From the NCBI RefSeq assembly GCF_018977255.1, contig NW_024705316.1, forward strand, positions 1-54,719: a DNA stretch of 54,719 bases. Reading direction: 5' to 3'. Made by a program: the position numbers and the translations under genes. Below the pieces are notes generated by a model. That model worked only from the letters and a program-made list of their open reading frames with translations, did no database searches and was not told the DNA's origin. This document shows positions 1 to 12,400 of this stretch, in pieces (the stretch's first letter is position 1; every line of letters starts with the position of its first letter). The stretch is from Callorhinchus milii (Eukaryota).

Positions 1-528
1 AATTCCGCATTTGGTGCCCTATAATTCAGAGGGAATTGCATGGGAGAGAAAATGGAGCCGAATTCCCCTCTCTCTCTTATTAGAGAAAAAAGCAACCCTC
101 AGAAATACCCACTCAAGCCAGACAACCTAAACAGCGTTTTGTAACGTATGGAGTGAAAAATGAAGCCCTTGCTGAAAACATATCGCATAAATCACACCCA
201 GCTAAAATTGCATAATCACTAACAATGAAGGAAAGCAACGGGCATGAGCAGCATCAGCAGCAACTGTACAACACGAATCCGCATCAACTGAGCCGAGTGG
301 GACGCACGGAGCGGCCAGGGACCCGCAATCCACCCTTGCCATGTATCCACCCTTGCATTTACAATGGCAAACACCTCTCAATCACTTTCTATACGAACGA
401 AAGGATGCACGTTAACATTGTTTTGCAATTATAAACTTGCTCTTTGGTTCTTTTCTTCTTGGTTCTTTCGGTAAAGTCATGTAGAAGGAAAGTAATAAAA
501 TAATAAAAATAAAACATAATAAAATAAT

Positions 529-576
529 TCTCACAACGTTTCGGCCACAACGCAAGCAGCCGTCCTCAGGTGGAGA
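529..576 (-). ncRNA. Minimal hammerhead ribozyme motif (Penelope pLTR type)
   Basis: Minus strand reads TCTCCAC CTGAGGA C GGCTGC..GTGGCC GAAAC GTT GTGAGA: CUGANGA core, stem II, GAAA, NUH triplet. Confidence 0.7.
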
Positions 577-985
577 ACAGGTCCGTCAAGTAGACAGAGT
601 CTGAATGGCACGCTCCAGGCTTGGAGCGACTATTTATATTACACTATGTTTTATTCTGGACAAGATATAGTCAATAAGCATATTAGTTGCTGCGGCGCCA
701 TATTATTAACTTTCCTTCCTTTATTAATTCTGACCTTACTCCCTCCCTTTGATGCTGCTAATCCTGCATAATGCATGGGCATAATGACTTTAAACCCCTC
801 GCCAAACCTCCTACGCATTTCACAAGTAATGCTAATCGCATATCTGCATTTTCCATAAATATGCTAAATTCCTCTTGATATGCAAATTATTTTGTCAAGA
901 CGCTCTTCGCCCCTCCATCCCAGCATAAATAGTCGCTCCAAGCCTGGAGCGTGCCATTCAGACTCTGTCTACTTGACGGACCTGT

Positions 986-1033
986 TCTCCACCTGAGGAC
1001 GGCTGCTTGCGTTGTGGCCGAAACGTCGTGAGA
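986..1033 (+). ncRNA. Minimal hammerhead ribozyme motif
   Basis: CTGAGGA 993-999, stem II GGCTGC/GTGGCC, GAAAC 1020-1024, GTC 1025-1027, stem I TCTC(C)AC/GTGAGA. Confidence 0.75.
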
Positions 1034-1198
1034 ATTATTTTATTATGTTTTATTTTTATTATTTTATTACTTCCCTTCTACGTGACTTTACCGACAGAAC
1101 CAAGAAGATGAATCCCTGCAGTCACGAAAGCTTTAAATCGAAATTGCTCTTTGGTTCTTTCGGTAAAATTACTTAGAAAGAAAATTAATTAAGCAATT

Positions 1199-1243
1199 GA
1201 ATACGACGTTTCGATTGCAACACAAGCAGTCGTCGTCAGGTAA
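1199..1243 (-). ncRNA. Minimal hammerhead ribozyme motif; its partner at 1399-1443 (+) has a mutated core, CTGATCA
   Basis: Minus strand reads TAC CTGACGA C GACTGC..GCAATC GAAAC GTC GTA. Confidence 0.65.
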
Positions 1244-2494
1244 AACTAAATGTGTGTGTCTTCGTGTCTGTGTTTTATATCTCTCTCTGCTTGTGTGTCT
1301 GTCAGTGTGTCTGCGTGTCTGTGTTTTATCTCTCTCTCTGCTTGTGTGTCTGTCCGTGTGTCTCCGTGTCTGTGTTTTGTTCTCTCTCTAATTTAGTTCT
1401 GCCTGATCACGATTGCTTGTGTTGCAATCGAAACGTCGTATTCGATTATTTAACTTCTTTTCTGTCTCCGTGACTTTACCGAAGAACCAAAGAGTAATTC
1501 CTGCAGTCACGAAAGCTTCAAATCAATTATAAATTTGCCACATTGCCAGCGTTGGAACATATAGTATACACGCGTATGGGTAATATATTCTGAACTCGCA
1601 CAACGGATGCAGTTCGATTCACGTATACACGTGGATACAGTACACACAGCTTTGTATGGCCAAGGGAGCAAGAGCAGTGAGCAGAATAATAATGCAAAGT
1701 TCGACGAAAAACAGTCACTTGCTCATGCTCTAAGAGGCAAGAGTGCGCACACTTCACCAAACCCGCCACACGCGATTTGCCAATTGACTGACATCTGGTC
1801 TGAACAGAGCATTGAAGAGCTCAGTCTGCTTCAGCTGCCACGCCGGGAGATGGAATCCAACCGGCGAACTCTGGTTTGCGACTCCCAATGTGCGAAACCA
1901 TATACTCCACAGAGGCAGCGACCATAGAATAGCAATGAATGAATAATAAATACTGATTCGACAGTGATTGAAAATGATAGGCAAGGAAGCTGAGACGTAA
2001 ATATTGTACGAGGTGTAAATTCACAGTCAAGTGTCACACAGAGACTCGGTAATTTTACAAAAGAAGTACAAAAATGAGGCAACCCGTTAATTTAATGATT
2101 GCCAACTTGAGTTTGTCCTTTGCAGTATAAATATACAAATGCCTACACTACCACCACCAGCGGCGACATGGGTCAGTAATGTGGACACGAACGAAAAATA
2201 TAAAAACGTTGAAATTGAAAACTCATTTCTCAAGAATTGCTTTTTGTGTTTAGTTTCTTGTTGTCCTCCGCCCGCAACTCCGATGATACCACAGTTGGCG
2301 ACGTACGGTGCGAAAGAAATCCAACACACACACACATGCTCAAACGAGCACGGAGAAAAATTATTGGAACGACACCGACAGATTGTAGGAGGAGGATCCG
2401 CGTGGCGTGGCTTATACCGAGCAAACCCAAGACATCATCCAGACTGAGGAAGAGCGAGCCCAGGGCTGAAAGGACGATGGTCAATTGTCTAGAG

Positions 2495-3296
2495 CAGAGG
2501 TCGCCAACCTGCGGCTCTGCAACCGCACGCAGTGGCTCTTTGGCTGTTCCCTTGTGGGCAGCCGTTTGGGGGGAAAAAAACCGTAATCGTTAGACATAAT
2601 TGAACGCAAAGGTAATAACCAAATTTTTACAAGGAGTCATGTTTGCATAGACCACAATACCTGCGGTCATAATGCAAACAAAAAACACAACTCTGATAAT
2701 GGATGCACTGTCCTAGTCTCACATGGGTTGGACCAGATGACGCCAAAAGGCGCCTTTTGGCGTCATCTGGTCCAACCCATGTGAGACTAGGGCACTAGGC
2801 TCTAAGGAAAGCTGTCTCGGGTGTGGACCAATCAACTTCAAGGACAGTGCATTCATTATCAGAGTTATGTTTTTTGTTTGCATTATGACTGCAGGTATTG
2901 TGGTCTATGCAAACATGACTCCTTGTAAAAAAGGTGTCAGTTTTGTTGCCAGATAGAAGGGTAAAAAACAATTATCATATTTTTACTGCAAATGAGGTTC
3001 CAATGGAATAACCAAATTGTTAAATATGGCAGGGAATGGGTCACAATGGAATGTGTTTGTGACGACAAAATGTGCAACAGTCAAACAGTGTTGTTAACGA
3101 ATGACTAAGAGGGGAAATACACTCAATAGACGCAGTTTATTTCCATCAGTTGTTCTGTTTAAGTCAGAATTGGTGTTGTTATGGTTGACATCTTCTATAT
3201 AGCCGCTGCTGCTGCTGTGTTGTGTACATGTAGCTGTGGTCAAAGACAAGATCAAATGGTCTCTTATTCTTCTTTGAAAGGTTGCCGCGACCCCCG
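2495..3296. mobile_element. Probable hAT/Charlie-type MITE containing a family C fold-back
   Basis: Imperfect TIRs CAGAGGTCGCCAACCT / AGGTTGCCGCGACCCCCG. Flanks GTCTAGAG and CTCTAAAG resemble the NTCTAGAN hAT target. Confidence 0.45.
2626..3006. mobile_element. Fold-back mini-element, family C
   Basis: Palindrome centred near 2750, tail ACTGCAAATGAGGTTCCAATGG, 12-bp TSD AATAACCAAATT (2614-2625 / 3007-3018). Homologous to 21935-22063 and 27679-28135. Confidence 0.75.
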
Positions 3297-3502
3297 CTCT
3301 AAAGTAACAACGACAAGAACAACAGCAGCAACAACAACAACAGCAACAACAACAACAGAGTGGCAGCCAAGCGAGGCAAGGCGCTCAAGTGGAGCCCCCC
3401 CCCCAACAATGTCGGAGCAATCAGACCGATTCTCATGTCGGTGCCAAGTGGAATAGGAACATCGCGAGATCTTGAGGGATAACGCCTACTCGGGGATGCC
3501 TT

Positions 3503-4198
3503 TTAATCCACCAGTGTGTATGTATGTGAGTATGTGTGTGTGTATGTGAGTGTGTGTGTATGTGTGTATGAGTGTGATTGTATGTATGTGAGTTGTGTAT
3601 GTGTGTATGTATGTGAGTGTGTATGTGTGTTGGACACTTCACGTGGCCTCAAGATGCACATGGCCTGGCACAAGCGTCGTGGTGACGTCACCGCCACTTA
3701 GTGGCGAATGGCGGTTGTTGTTTATGTATGTGTGTGCGTGTGTATGTATGTGAGTGTGTGTGTATGTGAGTGTGTATGTATGTGTGTGTATGTGAGTGTG
3801 TATGTGAGTGTGTATGTGTGTATGTATGTGAGTGTGTATGTGTGTGTATGTGATGTGAGTGTGTATGTGAGTGTGTATGTGTGTGTATGTGATGTGAGTG
3901 TGTATGTGAGTGTGTATGTGTATGTATGTGAGTTTGTATGTGTGTGTGTATGTGAGTGTATATGTGAGTGTGTTTGTGTGTATGTATGTGAGTATGTATG
4001 TGTGTTCGACACTTCACGTGGCCTCAAGGTGCACATGGCCTGGCACAAGCGTCGTGGTGACGTCACCGCCACTTAGTGGCGAATGGCGGTTGTTGTTGTT
4101 GTTGTGTGTGTATGTGTGAGTGTGTATGTGTGTATGTATGTGTGTATGTGAGTGTGTATGTGTGTGGTATGTATGTGAGTGTGTATGTGTGCATGTGT
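3503..4198 (+). repeat. (TG/TATG/TGAG)n compound microsatellite with two embedded ~90-bp RTE-like LINE 3' ends
   Basis: Motif ACTTCACGTGGCCTCAAG..GCCACTTAGTGGCGAATGGCGG(TTG)n at ~3634-3722 and ~4009-4104. Confidence 0.8.
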
Positions 4199-4480
4199 GG
4201 GAAGCGGTAGTTCAGCGGTTAGCGCGCTGCGCTACGAATCCGGCTACCCGAGTTCGAATCCCGCTCACGGCCAACGCCGTGACGATTATCTGAACCGGTC
4301 CTGGGCCTGCCCAAGGTCAACTCAGCCTCAAATGAGTACCTGGTGCGGTGTGTAGTCATCACTACTAGGGAGACAAAGGCGGTCGGAGGTGTTGCTGGCC
4401 ACCTCGTGCACCATTCTGCTCGCTAACAGCACTTGCCCCAACAGTCTGCTCAGGCTATACGGGGGACCTTTGTATTTATT
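4199..4480 (+). mobile_element. tRNA-derived SINE with a tRNA-Arg(ACG)-like head
   Basis: A box TAGTTCAGCGG, anticodon loop CT-ACG-AA, B box GAGTTCGAATCC, body GGTCAACTCAGCCTCAAATGAGTACC. A degenerate copy lies at ~39095-39315. Confidence 0.75.
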
Positions 4481-4708
4481 GCACTTCTTCGAAAAGTCCG
4501 CAGCCAACTGTGCTAATCGTAAGTGCGGGGTAAGGACAAAAGGGCAGTGGAGATTGACCACGGCTGATAATAATGACAAGAGCATTTCTTGAATGACCCC
4601 CCGCCCTCAGCTATGGAATCTGCGTCCTGGTCGTGCGATATCCGCTGAGGATGCGTCGCGAGTTCAGACGAGGATGGAAACTCGTGTTGCAAACCTTGCA
4701 CATCTTGA

Positions 4709-4880
4709 GCAACAACAACAACCGCCATTCGCCACTAAGTGGCGTGACATCACCTTGACGCTTGTGCCAGGCCATGTGCACCTTGAGGCCACGTGAAGTG
4801 TGGAACGCCCGCTGGCAGGAGGTCACGGGGCAGACCCAGCAGGTGCCACGGGTCGACTGACCGAGACGACTGGCACACAC
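4709..4880 (-). mobile_element. 3' end of an RTE-like LINE with a C-terminal C2H2 finger and (TTG)n tail
   Basis: Minus-strand translation WVCPVTSCQRAFHTSRGLKVHMAWHKR, followed by the same 3' motif and TTG repeats as at 3634 and 4009. Confidence 0.55.
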
Positions 4881-5240
4881 ACACACGATGACGACGTCGG
4901 TATGCACGAGCCGTGCTCTTGTGTGCGTTTTTTGGCATATACCCCGGGGCATGCCATGTAATTGGTCGCATCTGAAAAATGAGTGCATACCTCAGTGGGC
5001 TTTTCGTGTTTAGGATTGGGGATGGTTTCGTTTTGTTTGAATGTGTGTTGGGTGATTTGCTTGACCTGTCACTACTCTCGTGTTGTTGGTATTTGTTGCT
5101 GTAACGGTCTTACCCGACCCCTACTGGACATCTGTGAAAAAAATATTACTTTAAAGCTCATAGGATTCCTCCTGCAGGATGAATGAATTATTCAGATTCT
5201 GTTCTAAGAGTCTCAGTTCATATGGGCTGCTCACCTTTTA

Positions 5241-5630
5241 GGGGCCGTCCATAAATGACGTCACGCGCTTTTGGACGATTTTTACCCCCCCCCCCTCGTC
5301 ACATGACGTCACAAAAAGTCAGACCCCCCTCAAATATGACGTCACAAAGCTCTGCCCCCACCCCCCCAACATAAAATATGCTTCAAATCGCGTTAAACTA
5401 TTGTCATTGTAGTGCGTATTTAATGTGGCGCTGCACTCTGATGTTGTAGGAGAAAACAATTATTAAAAAGTTTATTTAATCAAGTAGAACGTGTTGTCTA
5501 TATTTATTTAAAGTTGCGCATTTTGAGGTGACGTCACATTTCTCAAACCCCCCGCCCCCTCGTCACACATCGTCACAAATGTCTGACCCTCCCCCCCCCT
5601 AGGTGAGTGACGTCATTTATGGACGGCCAC
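5241..5630. mobile_element. Harbinger/Tourist-like MITE
   Basis: TIR GGGGCCGTCCATAAATGACGTCAC at both ends, flanked by TTA / TAA. A second copy lies inverted at 24561-24905. Confidence 0.75.
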
Positions 5631-6382
5631 TAACCACAAATAACTCTGCGCCGTCTTCTGCACCGGTGGACATGACAGGTCCCCTCTGAGGTCACGCAGA
5701 GACGAGCAAGCAGACAATTGAGTGCTTCATACTCCAAATTTGAGATTATTGATCGCAAATTCTGCGTTACTGGGGAAAGAGTCACCAATTGTAGCCTCCT
5801 GCTGTAAATACCTCGTCGGATTGTGTGAGGCTCTCCCACGCAAACAAGCAGAATGGTAAATCAAATTAATACGATGTTGCCGCGACTGGACTCGATCGAT
5901 CTCGCGTGAGGCGCGGATATCGAGGGATAAACTACGACGAGAACCCCTCCATTGCTGCCACCGTTACTACGGTCGCCAAGGTTACCGTCATCATCACTAC
6001 TCTTGTAGTAAAAACCTGGGTTCATTGGGAAAAAAAATCAATCAAGTTTGTATAGAAAGAAAGAACAAATATTCATTGTCCATTTTGATTTTCAAATTAA
6101 CAACTTTATTTATTTCATATACTGCACACTGTAAATTATTCAAATAATTCAGCACTGCACGCAGCAGCGACGTCACTCCCGACAGCTCTTTCTTCCTCAC
6201 CAGTCTTCTGTTAATAAGTATTATTTTTTTTTAAAACTTTTTAAAAAAATAAGCTCGAATGAAATGTGCCGTATTAGTAATGAAAAAATGACATTCAAAA
6301 ATATTTGTATTATTATTTATGATAAAATATAGTATTGTCATCAGTATGACATAAGTATACCAAGTTTACAGTCGATACCACA

Positions 6383-6412
6383 NNNNNNNNNNNNNNNNNN
6401 NNNNNNNNNNNN
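6383..6412. other. Assembly gap (30 N)
   Basis: Run of N. Confidence 1.
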
Positions 6413-9400
6413 TAAGATATACGAGTCGATACTCTTTAGTTATACCTCAACCTTAAATAAAGTACACTATCAGCCGCCTTACGCTAGGTTATTAGGAAAT
6501 ATCGTCAACGCTCGACCGAGAGTAATTGATTAACAAAAGTCACCCACGACTCCTTGGCATTGGTTGCCCAGCACTTTTTTTCCTTGGAGTTAGGGACATC
6601 TTGGGGAGGACTCACCATTGAATCATAATCAGAAAACATGGCAGATGGACACTGGGCCGACGCTGTATGGCCCAAAACAAGGGTCGCTTGGTGGGGGGTA
6701 CGTCGAGAGCATAGGGTAATCCTAATGACTCTGCGGGTATATATACTTCAGCTGTGCTTTTAACGCCACGTCCAAATCATCCCGGATCCAAAAAGCATCA
6801 ATTAACGATCAAAAGTCGGCCTTTAGTGGACGATGGGTTCTCACGAAGGATATGAATAGAATCGCAGACCTTGACTTAAGGGGTAGCCACATTAGAGGTA
6901 CACCCCCCCATCATTCCTACTGAGATCAACAACAACGGAGGCTGATTAACCATCCTACAGCAATTTTCCTCAGCGTAGAAATTGGGGGGGGGTTCTGGAA
7001 CCCGATTGCATAACAAAGGATTCTCTCCAGGGGGGAAAAGCGGATATGCTTGATTACGTACATACCAATCGAACCTATTAATAATCACAGTGAATTAAAA
7101 GCAATCCTACGAACAAAGCGCGCGCTAGTGCCCGGTCCAGGGCAGCCAGATGATCTGGAAGAGCCAAGCGTACAAGTCGCGCACGCATGTAATAGAGGAT
7201 TCGCTGTCTTTTCTCTGGTAATATACAAATACGGATCTCGTAGGATCGAGATAACATTCCTGGCCTGCAGTTTTCGGATTGTCTCCCAACGAACAGGGAG
7301 GCGTGTGGTTCAATATCGGTCCGACGACGCTGGTGTCAGCTAGTGCAAGGGCCGGATAAGAAACCTAGGGCGCTCGTCCGAAGTTTTCCTTGAGACAGAA
7401 TTGATGCGGCTCCGTTGGAAAGACGGTGAAACTATGGGCGGTATTTTGTTAAACAGAGAGACTGCGTGATGGCAAAAACTCGTGAGGTAGCTTAACGCAA
7501 GCGTGTCGTCCCGTATGGATTCGCCAATCTTTGTAATGCATTATTTGATGTCAGCCCAACGGGTATTGACGCGCCTGTTATAGACTCTAGCTCGAGATTG
7601 TCTAGGAGATTAATTAATAGAGGGGCGATCAGGGGACTCCATCTACGCTGATTACACCAGGGCTATTTCACGTTTAGCATGTTCTTGAAGGTCTGCGCTA
7701 CCGGGATACTGCAAAGGTAGCAATGGATAACTATCTAATGAGAAATCCACTATACTGTTAGCCATATTCTTTCTTCGAAAGGAGATATAAAAGACGGCGT
7801 AGTAAAAACCTGGCGGTACCTAGTCTATACAGCTGAACACATTCCGACCACTAGCCTTGATAACGCGTTAATTAATTGTGTACCCGGATTTAAAGACTGA
7901 AGTCTAAAACACCGTTCACAGAAGTGCGTATTAGCTTCTTCAGGCTAGACTACCGCAACCGAGGGAAGCAGTCATGGTCTTAACTGAAAGCACCTACATG
8001 GTTGGTCATGAAGAGTCGTTTCCGGGAGCTTGTGTAGACTACCTTGGCAAAGATCTCTGAACAAAGAAGGCTGCAAGATCCTGGCACTACGTTCCAAGTT
8101 AAGCGCGGCCCATGAAAACGAACTCAGGCTGAAAGTTAACTGTTGCTCTCGTGAAAAGACTTCATTTCAGGTTTGAATTCTTACTTGTTATGAAGTTCGT
8201 TAGACCAAAGCCCTGACCTTACTCTGATTGATCCAGAGCGTGTCGGACCGTCCCCACCTAGTGGGGTCAACGTGATTGAGGAGTTGCGGACACTAATTCT
8301 CGCACATTTACAGATGGTGGGAGGTCATGGTAGTATTTATAATAGGTAGGCCACATGAGGGACGGCTAATCTCGTCACTTGTATGAGAACAATTGCATAG
8401 ACTCTATAGTGATTACGTCGGCCAGCGGGTACTGCAGAGTCCATGCAATCGCGTAAATCGTTGCGAACCTCATGAGGCTCGACAATACACGTGGGGTCGG
8501 CCCAGACTATGCGCTCGGGCTCTCCACCCAATGTCTCCCGAGTCAGTGGTAGACTGATTCTCCCTGCAGGTATCTATCAGGCGTCTTACTACGTGTCGGT
8601 GTAGGATATTGAGTACGTTAGTCACAAGCTCCTTGAACTGTTTTTTGCACAATCGGGCGTGGACGGTTTGAGACGCTAAAACAGGCATTTAATCGCTTAA
8701 TTGCTCTTCGCCTACATTTTAGCACGACATGATCTGAGCTATTACTTGACATTGCCGCCAAACGGCTAATTAGGCTGCGCTCAGGCACTCCTCGCTATGG
8801 TTACGCCACACAGGCCAGCTTACTGAGACGTCAGTCACTAGCTATTTCCCGAGTTAAATCAACCTGTCCCAGGTCTCCGCGGTTGTCAAGAAAAACCGTC
8901 CTCGGCATGATGAGGGGAGTTTCTCATCGGTGTATCAGACATTCTGTAATGTCTGCATGACGGATCACAGCGCGCACTGCCACGTTCTGGGGTCTTTGCT
9001 GTGCACACATTGTGGAGGACTGAATTATGCTAATCTATTGCCAAGTCCTTGCATTAATACCCCTATCAGGAATTACCGTCGCTTTATAGGGAATCCGAGG
9101 AAATAGCAGCTACTAGACATTTCTAACGAGTCTCCGGTGCTCGAAACTACCCAGAACACCTAATGTCGTGTTTTTCCCATAGTGAGGTGCTTTTGTCAAT
9201 GGTCAACGGGAGGTTCAACACTAGAACTTTTCGCTCATTGAACTAGGTGCCATGACTTTGATATGACGGGGCGTAGGCGGCGAGCCAAATACCCCAGTTT
9301 TGAATCCATTAGGGTGTGATCCTCTATACACGCAACCTTAGGACAGGCAGTTACTACGCGACAAGCGGTATATGGCGATTCGACCAGGAGACCTCCCAGT

Positions 9401-12400
9401 AAGCCTTAGGGTCACCACGGCGGTACTTTATGAGATACGCGTTGCGCAGTGGGTGTTGGTAGGTATAGTCAAGGCGTGATGAGCCTCTGACGGTCTTAAG
9501 CTTACCGTATAATAGATCAATTGACTGAGGGACTTCTTGGGAGATCGTTGCCCTATGCGTAGATCGTGATACAATAGGTAGTCAGCATTGGGCAACACGC
9601 CGCCTACTTAACACACATACAGGGTAATATAAGGAAGTTTGGGAATTCAAAGAATGGCTAAGGTACCCTACCTGGCGCAGATGCGGGTGTAGGGTTTAGG
9701 ATCAGCAAACTCGGAGATGCTGGACATAACGCATCAGCATAAAAGCCTAGGGACAGACCATGGACACGTTAACAAATGCGGAGCATCGTCTCAGCAGCAT
9801 ATGCCACGAGCACTTTGGGCATCGAATCGAGTACCGGCAACTTGAGGTGACGTAAAAAGTTGTTTGCTACTGTACAACCATAACGCTATTTATATGAGAC
9901 GCAGCTGAAAACTTGGCACCCTGACTACGAGGTTCAAGCACGGCCGAGTGTGCAGGGTTATTTAATAAGCGCTACATTTTATCAACGCCTACTTCCTGGA
10001 TCCACCCCTTTACTCATTTACGCTCGATGATAGAGCCGGCTCGTCATAAGCCAACAGGCGCCTGGCATGTCGGAATATTCTGTGCTGTGCTTTAGATGGA
10101 GGAGTACCAGTACTCTTGTAATGCAGGGTGCAGAAACGACGAAGATGGGCATCGCGGGTCTTACTCGCAAGGCTCAAACGCAAAGTTCTTTAAACTACCA
10201 GACAGTTGAACTTCATAATACATCTGAGCCGCCAATCCACGTCCCGGGGGGGTCTGTTTAGGTTGCTGCTTTGTACTAGACGCTGGCATTAACAAGATAT
10301 ATTATCGTATGCGTTGTCCCTGCCGCTAAGGCTCAACGCCGGCAACAAGTAAAAATGTATGGTCGGTTCCCTGTATTGCGTTATAGTGGACCATTTTTAC
10401 TAGAATGCACAGTCCGATTCCTCAGTTCGTTTACTGGGTTACCGCTCGCTTCAGGGCGGCACGTACATTAGTTAGGCGGACCCCTCGTGCATTAAACACC
10501 CGTGGTACCGAGAAATTGCTGAGATGGGGCCTGTACGGTACTAAAACAGGCTTCCAAACATCAAAAGGCCCAGCTGACTCTCTCTTCAAAAAAACATAGG
10601 GTACATATCCCCACGAACAGGTCAAATGACTGAGGCAGGTAGGATAACGATCCTTAACTCAGTATATTTGCCTTGCACAAGCGCGTACAACAGTGCCCCG
10701 TCGCATCGGGCCTCCTTTCGGAATGTCTACACACCTGGACCGTGCCTGACTGACGCGTCGGTAGCAACCACCAGCGGAGTGCGACCCGGCGCCTCGGAAT
10801 CTTCCTTAGCGATGCCTGAATAGACTGGACCCGAACCCCTACATGTGAAAGAGGGATCCAGATCGGCAGCCAGTGCCCTCGGACTGTGCTGCTTGATAGA
10901 GGTTGGCGTGCCTTTGAGGTGAGAAATAGGTAGGAGGATCCTGATGCCGGGAAATTGACAGACTCTCGATTTTCGTAATGCACGGGTTTTCTTAATCCGG
11001 CAGCCAAGCAAACGTCGCGGAGTCAATGGAGAGTAGATTGAGTCCGGTGATCAAGCTGAGGAAGCAGGCTTACCCACGGAACGACGCGTAGATGGAAGCT
11101 CGAACGTATATACTCGTATAGTACGAATAATCCAGATGTGTCGCCATCTTGTGAGGGACTTACTTTCTTTCAGCACACGCGCCATGGAAAAAGAATCTCC
11201 GTTGGAATATTGTGTGTGTATGTGAACAGGCACCTTAGTTTCTTGAGTTACTCCGAGACCACACATAAACTTCACGGGGTCCCGTTTTCATAGCTCGAAC
11301 TTGGATCCTATTGAGCGGACACAGTGGGTACGCGACAATTTCGGGGCCCTCATCAAGCCTTTCTGGCTTGCATCGATTCGCCCGGCCAGGCTACTCGTGG
11401 ATGGCGCGGGCGATCCTGAAAGTAGTTCTGTCTAGACATCAGCGAAACCGTCATAGGTTTTTAGCGCAGCACCAAGTCCCGCTTAAATCTACCATCCAAG
11501 AAGATGAGTACGTATTTGGAATATCTAGCTCCCGATAGGGGCTTTAGAGGTAAACTTTTGATCAACAGACGTTCCGAAATATCTGTTTCATCCAAGAAGT
11601 CACCTCGTACGAAGCATGCCAGGCTAGACGTTCCGAAATCACTCCTACTTACCATAGATCATTTTCCCCAGGGATAGAGCGCCAGTTACTTGAAGCGTGT
11701 TACGTTACGCGAAAGTCTCAAGGCCCAGATGTTTATCTAAAAACATCCACTCGCTTGAGAGTGTTGCGTAAATAGCGATCGGTCCTGCCATCTTGTAATA
11801 CGATAAACGTAGCCTGTGGTGCTCTGTCGTTCAGTGCTCGTTCGCGGTATATTAAAGTGCGTCTCGTCAATCGCGCTGCGGAAGTCACAAGGTTATGTCT
11901 CACTAGGTGCGACGGCGCAGCAAACCGACCCATACTCGTTGCAATTTGAGGGTAAAGAAGTGAGGATGACTAACTAAGTTTTCACCACATTCGCCTTATC
12001 CTCCTCTTGATATTGAGGGGCGATGGAGACGGCTAATTAACCATACGTCGTAATCACCGTGTGGTTCCTATCCAGCACTTATCATAACACGTTGTTTGTG
12101 CTGGCCCATTCACCACCGACAGTGGACATCTAGGCAGGGGGGATGAACAAACTCAGTAAGGGGCTCAGCTAGTGCTTCTAAAATGAACGGGGTAGAGCAG
12201 GCATGGAAGGGCGATATGCTTAGGGTTGATTTCAGACGCACCAAGTCCGAACATCATCATGTTGTAATGAAGCTTCAGAACCTAATCTGCTACGCCAGAA
12301 ATCATGTCAATCCCCTAGAGCGTAGGGACGGTTAACGTCGAGGTTGTTCAAGATTGCGTGTTAGCCAAGGTTCTCTTACAGGGTCCGGAAGCAAGTTGCT

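Larger units (their letters stand above)
441..1523. mobile_element. Two nested Penelope-derived fold-back mini-elements (family A)
   Basis: The outer element is bounded by CAATTATAAA(C/T)TTGC (426-440 / 1524-1538). The inner element (454-1143) is bounded by TTGCTCTTTGGTTCTTT (437-453 / 1144-1160). Inner arms ~455-637 and ~925-1110 are reverse complements. Both elements end in the tail CTGCAGTCACGAAAGCTT(T/C)AAATC. Confidence 0.8.

Noticed and set aside
3433..4119. His/Thr- and Val/Cys/Tyr-rich ORFs
   Set aside because: Translations of the TG-rich microsatellite.
4199..4272. Functional tRNA-Arg gene
   Set aside because: Acceptor and anticodon stems pair poorly and it runs into a SINE body that recurs at 39095.
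11567..11639. 14-bp direct repeat AGACGTTCCGAAAT at 11567 and 11626
   Set aside because: Only two copies with no third unit or context; one such match in 10 kb is compatible with chance.
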